Assembly (NCBI GenBank): GCA_947632375.1
Contig: CANRPF010000013.1
Location: forward strand, 1 to 38,846
Direction of reading: 5' to 3'
Source of the DNA: an uncultured Bacilli bacterium
GTDB taxonomy: Bacteria; Bacillota_I; Bacilli_A; RF39; UBA660
DNA: 38,846 nucleotides
Shown: in pieces, positions 1 to 7,626 of the stretch
Layout: every line of letters starts with the position of its first letter
How positions within the stretch are numbered: the first letter of the stretch is position 1
Position numbers and translations under genes: made by a program
Notes under the pieces: model-generated
Database searches by the model: none
What the model saw: the letters and a program-made list of their open reading frames with translations, nothing else
Told to the model about the DNA's origin: nothing

Positions 1-947
1 CATCTTTCTCCTGTTTTAATCATATGGGTATCCATTGCAAGACAATTAAAAACATCATTACCATCTGTCAGAAAATCTGCCATTGTTATGTCAATTTTCC
101 CTCCACCATAATAGCGCGGAATATAATGAACTGTGTCAAATTTATTATGTAAATAACCTATAGTACCATTAATTAAATTATAGTCTTGTTCAGAAAATTT
201 TTCCCAATAATTGCGGCAACAGATTACCTTATCTCCTTCCATTGGTTCATCGCTTGTTTTATTTAATAATTTTCGCATTTCTTTATTAATATCAATACGA
301 GTTTTATTTGTTCCAACAAGAATTTGATCTGCCCAAAGTAGCATTCCTGTATTAAGTTTTTCTTTTTTTAATACTTTAATTTCTTTTCCATCATATTCAT
401 GAATTGGTTCATGATTTCTTATTTTCATTGTTAATTGAATAATTTCTGATTCTGCCTCTTGTCGCATAATCTCATCAAGAAAAATATGCGGTTTGTCTAA
501 AAGATGATTGTCCTCATCCTTATTGATAGGCGCGAGCTGGAAGGGGTCTCCTAAACAAATTACATGAACATTATGAGAAAAAAGTAATTGCATCAAACTT
601 TTGGGAGCCATTGAAACTTCATCAATTATTACCAATTTGTAAGGAAAAAGATTAAATTTAGGTTTACGATAAAAGGTTCCATCTGGGCGTGGAAAAGATT
701 CATATAATAATTTATGTAAAGTAGTTACATTCTTATTGCCTTTTTTAGCCAACACTTGTGCGGCCTTACCTGTATATGTAGCATACACAACATCATCCTC
801 ATCTATAGGTAAAGCCTCAATTATGAAACGAACAAGCGTAGACTTACCGCTCCCAGCATACCCAGATATTACAGTATATTTTTCATGATTGTTATACCGA
901 TCTATTGCAATTTTAAGCCCTTTTAATTGTTTTTCATTTAATATCAT
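1..947 (-). CDS. dda: Dda-like SF1 DNA helicase; 3' end runs off the window start (partial)
   Basis: Minus-strand translation from the ATG at 945-947 reads MILNEKQLKGLKIAIDRYNNHEKYTVISGYAGSGKSTLVRFIIEAL...LVIIDEVSM...GDPFQL. Walker A is GSGKST and Walker B is IIDEVSM, and the KFIIEAL block matches T4 Dda. RBS AGAGG sits upstream. There is no stop before position 1. It is absent from the supplied ORF track because it is partial. Confidence 0.8.
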   Translation of the reverse strand, partial: MILNEKQLKGLKIAIDRYNNHEKYTVISGYAGSGKSTLVRFIIEALPIDEDDVVYATYTGKAAQVLAKKGNKNVTTLHKLLYESFPRPDGTFYRKPKFNLFPYKLVIIDEVSMAPKSLMQLLFSHNVHVICLGDPFQLAPINKDEDNHLLDKPHIFLDEIMRQEAESEIIQLTMKIRNHEPIHEYDGKEIKVLKKEKLNTGMLLWADQILVGTNKTRIDINKEMRKLLNKTSDEPMEGDKVICCRNYWEKFSEQDYNLINGTIGYLHNKFDTVHYIPRYYGGGKIDITMADFLTDGNDVFNCLAMDTHMIKTGER

Positions 948-973
948 ATTTATTTCTACCTCTATTTTTATAT

Positions 974-1002
974 ATTATATCATATTTTTATTAAAAAATC
1001 AA
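974..1002 (-). promoter_or_regulatory. sigma70-like promoter with extended -10 (TTGATT-17-TGATATAAT) upstream of dda
   Basis: Minus-strand sequence is TTGATTttttaataaaaatatgaTATAAT, followed by RBS AGAGG and the ATG. Confidence 0.55.
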
Positions 1003-1050
1003 CATAATAAAATTGTAATAAAAAAGTTCAAATGCACTTTTAAAAACTAA

Positions 1051-1071
1051 ACTCGGGCGCTTGTGGCCCGA
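1051..1071 (-). terminator. rho-independent terminator downstream of the PAPS-reductase-like gene
   Basis: Hairpin CTCGGGC-gcttgtg-GCCCGAG. On the minus strand it is followed by a U-rich tract (uuuaguuuuuaaaag). Confidence 0.5.
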
Positions 1072-1088
1072 GCAGCTTTTAGTAGAAT

Positions 1089-2047
1089 TTATTCAGTTTT
1101 AACTCCAACTCTTTCAAGCACTTCTTTCATTCCTAATCCACCTTCTTCAATAGGTTTCATACAATAGTTATATAAAGCTGGATGTGTTACCTTTAATTGT
1201 TGGAATCTATTTGGTTCTTTTTCAAGGTGAACGCCAAAAGCACAAAATACACAACCTGTTCTTGAACATCCTGTAGTATAATATTTACCCTTTTTATCTT
1301 TTTTAATTTCCCCATATATCTCATCACAATATGGAATATTAAATCTTTCTAAATATTCAAAAATATCTTGTTCTGTCCAAAAAGATAATGGTTTAGATTG
1401 AGGCCTTTCTTGATCAAAAGCATTGCATCCATATCGATACCATCCATTTTTTCTTATAGCACTTTCACTAGCCATTGTTCCTATAATGGGTTTTAATCCA
1501 GTTTCTTTTTCAAATTTTTTAAAAGGTTTTTTCTTCATGACATCACAGCACTGTGATCCAATAGGGATATTACTATCTTTAAGCCATTTCCATTTTGTAA
1601 CAGAAAAATTGCCATTATATTTTAAATCTTTTTCATTGTTTGGTTCAAAATATTGTGCAACTTTTCCGTCAGGTTTATTTCTTGCGGAAGTAATTTTATG
1701 AGCAATTTCTTTACTTATAAGTGGATAACCATACTTAAAAATAACTTCTTTGAAATTCATATCTGGTTTTAACCATACTATATTTTCTTTTGATTTTACA
1801 AATTTTCTTATTTCTGGGTATTCCAAGCCTGTGTCTGCGAAAGCTCCTATGGCATCAGGATAAACTTTTCGAACTAAATCTAGGAGTACTGTACTGTCCT
1901 TTCCCCTGAAAATGACACATAGATATTATGATTCCACCTCTCGCCCCATTCAAGAATCCTTGTTTGAGATATTTGAATTTTTCTTTCTAGCGGAAGATTT
2001 TGCATATTTTTTAAATCTTCTGCTGTGTACATATTCTTTTTTTGCAT
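1089..2047 (-). CDS. PAPS reductase-family PP-loop protein; reading frame broken by a 1-nt frameshift inside the SGGKDS motif (around 1903-1906)
   Basis: Frame X starts at the ATG 2045-2047 (RBS AAAGGAGG) and reads MQKKNMYTAEDLKNMQNLPLERKIQISQTRILEWGERWNHNIYVSFSGERTVQYS*. Frame Y continues into the supplied 245-aa ORF as ...RGKDSTVLLDLVRKVYPDAIGAFADTGLEYPEIRKF...CCDVMKKKP...GCSRTGCVFCAFG. Inserting one G into the GGGG run (CCCC at 1903-1906 on the plus strand) gives NIYVSFSGGKDSTVLLDL, the canonical PP-loop. Confidence 0.6.
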
Positions 2048-2178
2048 TTTGTGTTTATATTTCCTCCTTTTATTTAATTATATAATTTAAATAATCTTTT
2101 TATTTTACTTATATAATTAATTTTTCAAAATGTTTTTTAGTTTTATTTCCCAAATTATATTTTTCATTATAGAAACCC

Positions 2179-3355
2179 TTAAAAATAATATTTGCACGAG
2201 TCTACTATCTCATAATCTGTGATAAATAATTGTGCTGTGATGTTGCCATTCCATTCATTTTTATTCGCTTCGCCAACACAATCAATTACAACATAACCTT
2301 GATTATTTTCTTGAAGTTTTTTACAATCTAAATCCGTTGCATTAAATAACATTAAACTTACTTTATTAGGTAATGTAATTTTAATTGTATTAGATGTTTT
2401 TCTATAAATAGTTACCATATCTGCGGTAACTTTTAAATTTTTAATAGCTAAAATAGGAGTCTCCATATCTTTTCCCCAAAAACTATCCATCTCTGCTATA
2501 TCAAGAATATTTTGTGGATTAACATTATTACCATCATATATATAATCTACATAGTATATTGCTTCATCAGACATATTTTTTAATGCTTCATTTGTAGATT
2601 GAATAAATGCGGGAATGTCTTGTTCGCGGAGAGCGAGCCCAAAGGCGCCTGGGTGCCCGGCCACATACATCGTTAACCCAGTCCCCGCGCATATATCTTT
2701 AAATTCAGTAACACCAACCTTATCACAGCCCCGCGCAGAGCCTTGATAGGATACTATTGTAGGTGTGTCTATTAAAACAACTTCATCGTCTTTATTTAAA
2801 AATTTAAGTGGCTTAGTTTCTTCTACTTTTGTTAAAATGCAACATGGCCGCTGATATTTAGCCATGAAACGATTTGCAATTAACCCTGCGACATTTTTAT
2901 TAACCTGCCCTGGTTCTACTAAGATAAGAAGAACTTTATTATTAAGTAAATGTTCTTCTTTTATTTTATTTTCAAGAAAAACCATACTTTCATCTTGAAT
3001 TTTATTTTGTTTATTCTTGACATTAATACATATTCTTATAGCTTGTTCAACTAATTGTTCCATTTCTCCTTGTTTATGTCCTCTTTTGGTTGATGGAATT
3101 TGTTGAAAAGCTTTAAAAAAAAGCATTGATTCAAATACTTTTTCTTTTTCCTCTTGATTTCCACTTCTAACTATTGCATTAACAAAAGGAGCAATGTAAA
3201 AAGCTGCTCCCCAGGACGTTATATGATCACCTAATTTAAATTGATTCTTTTGCCACATATTATAAATAAAAGGATTATGAATATTATCTGGTTCAAAACC
3301 TTTATTTATTAAATGCTTTGTTTCAAAAGATAGCAATGACTGCATATCCGCCGTT
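2179..3355 (-). CDS. recJ: RecJ-like DHH-family nuclease, exon 2 (DHHA1 domain)
   Basis: The supplied 438-aa ORF reads, from residue 48 onward, TADMQSLLSFETKHLINKGF... This aligns with the RecJ block TIADVVPLTGENRILVKYGL. The DHHA1 GGGH-like motif YVAGHPGAFG is present. The first 47 codons of the supplied ORF are the intron 3' region, not exon. Confidence 0.75.
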
Positions 3356-4457
3356 CGTAAATTCTTATGTTTCCATAAGCACTGACTATATTTTAATAAT
3401 ACTTTTGTATTACTATATCTCTTTCGGTTTTCATGTGCTTCGTTTCCTAAAACACAGTTACGTACTAATAGTAACCCTACTCCCCAGCATTTCAACCTTA
3501 GGGATAGTCGATACAGGCTTCAAATTACATGTTTCCAAGATTCTCTTTTACAAACAGTTCTAATTGTTCTCGCTTGTACTATTGAAAAATTTTTATGAAT
3601 AGAACTTATTGATTCACCATTATCATATCTTCTACGAATTTCTCTTACATCTGCTTCAGTTAATTTGGATTGTCCATTTCTTTCACCTTTATTAGCTTTA
3701 GATGAATATTCTTGTCTACTGATACTACCTGTTGGAATAATAAATTCTTTTCCTACATTTGGGTATCCATTACCAAGCCATACTTTTTCAAATGTTCCAA
3801 AACTATATTCTTGATAATCTTTATATACGTCCTTTTTTCGCTCACCTTGGTAACGACGTTTTCTTATATTATAGACTTGTTCATCTGTAAAAACTGCGTT
3901 AGCTGAATATTCACCTGTTAAAGAAGAAGTGTCTCCTCCTCCTATTGTTAAATTATATCCAATATCATTATTATTAGAATTATAATATTTTATCCAATAT
4001 TTTTCTCTTTCCTTTAATAAATTAAAATCATCAATATATTCTAAAATTTCTATTTCTGTAAAAGGACCATATTTTTTTATAGCTAAATCACAAGGTGAAT
4101 TAAAATGATGTAATAATCTATTAGGATTATTATGTTCATACATTCGTCTTTTTATATCATTACTTAAACCTATATAAATTTTTCCATTTGGATAATTTAA
4201 TTTATATATTCCAGATACATTATTAGGTAAATCTTTTAATTGTATTATTTCACTCATATTTTTCTCCTTTATTATATAAATATATATGAGTGTTATCTTG
4301 TAATTTGATTCCCACGGGATTTTCATAGTATTTTATAACACTCATGTCATCATGTCATAAATACTTTAGAATTAACCGTTAGCATTTAATAGTCTTTGTC
4401 CAAGATTATTAAATACCCTGCTAGTAAGCAGAAAAGATATATTAGCCCAACAAGCTC
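3356..4457 (-). mobile_element. group I intron carrying a GIY-YIG homing endonuclease gene, inserted in recJ
   Basis: Exon 1 ends ...LDLVALG + cu. P1 forms between the exon end GGCCU and the intron GGGC 10 nt downstream, with a G.U wobble at the splice site. The intron 3' region contains an R-like element (guaucGACUAuccc), an S-like element (aaaAUAUAGUCagug) and a P9 hairpin (CUUAUG-GAAA-CAUAAG). The 3' splice site follows G at 3356. The joined exons read LVALG-L-TADMQSLL, which restores the RecJ motif in frame. The 5' region is homologous to the gyrB intron 5' region. Confidence 0.75.
3520..4326 (-). CDS. GIY-YIG homing endonuclease (intron-encoded)
   Basis: N-terminus reads GIYKLNYPNGKIYIGLSNDIKRRMYEHNN (GIY...YIG...R...E...N). 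It sits inside the recJ intron. RBS AAAGGAG is present. Confidence 0.85.
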   Translation of the reverse strand: MKIPWESNYKITLIYIYIIKEKNMSEIIQLKDLPNNVSGIYKLNYPNGKIYIGLSNDIKRRMYEHNNPNRLLHHFNSPCDLAIKKYGPFTEIEILEYIDDFNLLKEREKYWIKYYNSNNNDIGYNLTIGGGDTSSLTGEYSANAVFTDEQVYNIRKRRYQGERKKDVYKDYQEYSFGTFEKVWLGNGYPNVGKEFIIPTGSISRQEYSSKANKGERNGQSKLTEADVREIRRRYDNGESISSIHKNFSIVQARTIRTVCKRESWKHVI

Positions 4458-5125
4458 AGGCCTAAAGCAACTAAATCAAGATATTTATCTGCATAATGTT
4501 GATTTATTAAACTATCTATATATCTACAAAATTGCCACGTAACTCCAACACCTGATAATTGTTTATTAGGATAATCACTTAATTGATTGTTTATAACAAT
4601 AGCATAAGGAGAGATTTCTTCTGCTTCATGATGATCGAGTATAATAATTTTTGTGCCTATTTTATTTAATCGTTCATGGTAAATTATATCATTTGAACTT
4701 GCGTCTGGTATTACAACTAAATAATATTGTTTTTTCTCTAATAAATCACAATAATCACTTAATCCATGTTGTTTACCATCATGTAAGTACCAATTTAATT
4801 TATTTTCAACCCATGCGGGATATAAATCATATAAATAATTAATTAAAAGCGCGGAGGATGTGTATCCATCCGCATCGGCGTCTACAATAATCGCACATTC
4901 TTTATTAGCTTTTATGCATCCTATAAGCGCGGCCGCCGCGTTTCTTAGCACATCTTCTCCAAATAGCAATGGAGAATTTATATCTTCATCTGTTGTATTA
5001 ATATAATGAGGAATATCCTCTAGCTTAATTCCACGATTCATTAATATAATTTCTAATGCGCTGTATTTTTTTAATTGCTCATCTGCATATTCTTTAATTA
5101 GTTTATATTTCATATTTTTCTCCAA
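4458..5125 (-). CDS. recJ: RecJ-like DHH-family nuclease, exon 1 (DHH domain)
   Basis: IVDADADGYTS carries the DHH motifs I-II and IILDHHE is motif III. It ends ...KYLDLVALG, matching RecJ LDLVALG. The supplied ORF reads on to an in-intron stop (LSLLG*). Confidence 0.8.
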
Positions 5126-5834
5126 TAATCATATCTAGTGTAATTTTATCTCGCTCCCAATATGGAATACGAACGAGAGGAATATTATGTTTTTTTGCTA
5201 TTTCATTTTTAATATTATCTCTTAATTTTCTGTTCTCATAACTGTCGGATTTAAACCATAAATCTCCATCTATTCCAAAATGTTGTTTTCCATCAAATTC
5301 AACCAATTTTATAATTTGATTATTTTTGTCTAAAATTGCAAAATCATATTTTTTTCTTTTATCTTCTTCAAAAGAAAATTGAGAAATATAATTAATATTA
5401 TTCTCGTCTAAAATTTTTTTAATATTTTGTTCTCCAACTGACTCTCGTAAACATCCACATGATTGAACAAGAAAACTATTTAGATTATTAAGAGAAACTT
5501 CTTTAGTATTGCCGCAATCGCATTTACACATCCATACTACAGATCCAAATTCTCTTTTGTCTGTTGGATATAAGGCAACCAATTTTCCAAATCTTTGATT
5601 TGTAATATCTTTATGACTTTTTACTTTTATTCTACAATTTGGGCACATTACTTCTTCTTTTCGTATATGCTGTCCTTCTGCTGAAAAAATAGTATTACAT
5701 TTTAAACATTTACATTTATAATAAATTCTTCCATATCTTCTTTCAGGCTCCTCTTCTAATACGAGCAAATTGTTATAAATTTTATTTATCATTTCAATTT
5801 TTTTCATTTTTCTTCCTCCTATTTTATAGATCAA
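5103..5834 (-). CDS. Zn-ribbon plus DUF559/Vsr-like (PD-(D/E)XK) putative freestanding homing endonuclease, paralog 1
   Basis: Motifs CxxC...CPNC, WMCKCDCGN...SCGC, and a C-terminal block YDFAIL...VEFDGKQH...NIPLVRIPYW. It is paralogous to 32646-33374 and 34842-35672. It overlaps the recJ start by about 23 nt. Confidence 0.6.
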   Translation of the reverse strand: MIYKIGGRKMKKIEMINKIYNNLLVLEEEPERRYGRIYYKCKCLKCNTIFSAEGQHIRKEEVMCPNCRIKVKSHKDITNQRFGKLVALYPTDKREFGSVVWMCKCDCGNTKEVSLNNLNSFLVQSCGCLRESVGEQNIKKILDENNINYISQFSFEEDKRKKYDFAILDKNNQIIKLVEFDGKQHFGIDGDLWFKSDSYENRKLRDNIKNEIAKKHNIPLVRIPYWERDKITLDMIIGEKYEI

Positions 5835-5924
5835 ATTTTGATAAAATTATTTATCAAGATTTGTCCAATAGATAGGAGGATTAACAGGTTTTATTAATTT
5901 ATATTTCATTATAAACTTCCTTTA

Positions 5925-7031
5925 TCATAAATATATCCTCTTATTAAACAATTCTAAAAAAACTTCTTTATCTTTATCAATAGGTGAATCTTTATATTCC
6001 AATTTATTTTTTTTATCAAATATAAAACTAATAGTAGCATAAGATGAATATTTTTTATGAATATCCATTAATTTTTTTGTCCATCTTTTAAATTCATCAT
6101 CACCAATTTCTTTAAACTGTTTATCAAAAGCAATAATAATTTCTTCAACGCCTAAAGATAACAATAACTGGACTTGATAAGAAATAAGAGAACTTCCGCA
6201 ACAAGCTACAGTTATATCATTTTCTTCTCCAAAATAGCTCGCGTAAGTAAGACAAAATTTTTCTCCCTCCGCGACTATTGCTTTTTTTATAATCCTTATA
6301 TTATCTTTACTATTATTTAAATTATATAAATTAAAACTAAGTGGATGATTATACATTTTATAATTAATAATAGCAGGACGATATTTTCCTTGATCTTCTT
6401 TTTCTTTAATTAAAGTTCTTTCTCTTATTCCTATTAAATTATTATTTATATCATAATGAGGAATAATAATACCTTGATTAACTGGATCATAAGCTATTCC
6501 CCTATGTAACATAACATTTCTTATAATACCTTCTTTTTCCCAAGGTAAAATATGTGGTAGTGGAAAGAATTTTAATATATCTTTATCATATATTTTTAAA
6601 TCTACTATTTTCTTTTGTTCTTCTTGATTTTTTATATATTCATATTTATCAAGTATTTCCCAATCTTTAAGAACTTTTTTATTTTGATTAAAATCAAAAG
6701 ATTGAGTAGTATAACCAAAATAATTTGTAACAAAAAGAATAGCTTGCGGAAGTGTCCATTCTTCTTTTGTACTAATTGTTTTTTGTTTACGAACTAATTC
6801 AAATATATCAAAACTACTTTCCGCGCATCCAGTATAACAATGAAATATTCCTTCTCCTTCATTGTCATAATAATATAATTTATATGATCCCTGTCCCGCA
6901 GGATTGTGACATATTGTACGAGATATAAAAGAATTACCTTTAATAGGCTGCGGTTCTCCGCCTAAATCTATTACTAATTCATATATTTGTTCTATTGTTA
7001 AAGATTTTTTTAATTCATCTTTATTAATCAA
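5925..7031 (-). CDS. dnaG: DnaG-type DNA primase (Zn-binding domain plus TOPRIM)
   Basis: Zn motif CHNPAGQGSYKLYYYDNEGEGIFHCYTGC. TOPRIM motif AIVAEGEKFCL...IIAFDKQFKEIGDDE. Confidence 0.75.
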   Translation of the reverse strand: MINKDELKKSLTIEQIYELVIDLGGEPQPIKGNSFISRTICHNPAGQGSYKLYYYDNEGEGIFHCYTGCAESSFDIFELVRKQKTISTKEEWTLPQAILFVTNYFGYTTQSFDFNQNKKVLKDWEILDKYEYIKNQEEQKKIVDLKIYDKDILKFFPLPHILPWEKEGIIRNVMLHRGIAYDPVNQGIIIPHYDINNNLIGIRERTLIKEKEDQGKYRPAIINYKMYNHPLSFNLYNLNNSKDNIRIIKKAIVAEGEKFCLTYASYFGEENDITVACCGSSLISYQVQLLLSLGVEEIIIAFDKQFKEIGDDEFKRWTKKLMDIHKKYSSYATISFIFDKKNKLEYKDSPIDKDKEVFLELFNKRIYL

Positions 7032-7297
7032 AATGCAGATTCTTCCTTTACATCAATTCTTAAGTCTTCAATAGGAATAAGTTCATATTGATAATTAGTT
7101 ACAAACATTGGTTCAATTCTACAGGTACCTCTATCACTTTTGCACCATAATAAAATATCTTTATATCTACCTCTACGATTTTTATAAATAGATATTTTTA
7201 TACTAGGTTTTTCAAATCCGCCTTTATTTAGAACTTCTTCTAAAGCGATTATGTCATCTTCACTAGTCTCAAGCATAATCATACCTATATCTATTTT
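7028..7297 (-). CDS. dnaB: DnaB-like replicative helicase, C-terminal exon (exon 2); 5' boundary approximate
   Basis: The tail of the supplied 118-aa ORF (...KIDIGMIMLETSEDDIIALEEV...KISIYKNRRGRYKDILLW...) matches the DnaB C-terminal motif (IIAKnRnGptG). The first ~29 codons of the supplied ORF contain the intron S element and P9, so they are intron. Confidence 0.6.
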   Translation of the reverse strand, partial: KIDIGMIMLETSEDDIIALEEVLNKGGFEKPSIKISIYKNRRGRYKDILLWCKSDRGTCRIEPMFVTNYQYELIPIEDLRIDVKEESAF

Positions 7298-7626
7298 CCT
7301 TAATACTCTTACTTTCATAAGAGAGTAGACTATATCTTTACCATAGAATACATTATATTCCTTAGGTACCCAGTACTTCCACATAATGTGTACTCCCCGC
7401 TACAGGATAGTCGTTGAACCTTCTTCTATTCGAAGCTCGGCTGCATGGTTGCCCATATTATCTATATAATTTTTAAAACATTCACACTTAGGTTTGTTTC
7501 ATCCTTATGTTGTAGTTTATATAGCTTTAGGGTTTTCCAGCAATTCTCTGGGTAATAATCACTTAGTATTTCTACTAAGGACGACTGTTTCTAAAGTTTT
7601 AATAAATTTTAAAACCTTGTCCAATC
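7298..7626 (-). ncRNA. ORF-less group I intron in dnaB; boundaries plus or minus a few nt
   Basis: The minus-strand RNA contains a P2 hairpin CUUAGUA-GAAA-UACUAAG and a Q-like element AGAGAAUUGCUGGAAAACCC (compare Tetrahymena AAUUGCGGGAAAGG). It also has an R-like element caacGACUAuccu, an S element AAAGAUAUAGUC identical to the Tetrahymena S core, and a P9 CUCUUAU-GAAA-GUAAGAG. It is highly similar to the phoH intron (about 90 nt near-identical). Confidence 0.75.

Noticed and set aside
1826-1826. TTG at 1826, used as the start of the 245-aa ORF in the track.
   Set aside because: The reading frame continues upstream without a stop through the GKDSTVLL PP-loop. The real N-terminus starts at the ATG 2047 in the +1 frame. 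The ORF track start is an artefact of the frameshift.
3356-3495. N-terminal extensions with GTG or TTG 'M' in the supplied ORFs. These occur at 2179-3495, 7028-7384, 10567-11211, 12309-12716, 22410-23957 and 28779-29219, plus the C-terminal tails of 4442-5125, 25182-25538 and 29486-30331.
   Set aside because: These segments are intron sequence (P7 and P9 regions or intron 5' ends) read through by the ORF caller. Exon boundaries were reset using motif restoration and splice-site rules.
4385-4410. R-like sequence ggacaaAGACUAuuaaaugcuaacgg in the 5' part of the recJ intron. It resembles the Tetrahymena R element.
   Set aside because: It lies only about 60 nt from the 5' splice site, too early for P7. 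The homologous segment of the gyrB intron lacks GACUA. The true R and S elements are in the 3' part (3500-3390).
7385-7608. Long near-identical repeats (7430-7525 versus 29405-29490). Could be taken for direct repeats, att sites or terminal redundancy.
   Set aside because: They are the conserved catalytic cores of two homologous group I introns in dnaB and phoH. Each is flanked by exon halves that rejoin into conserved protein motifs.
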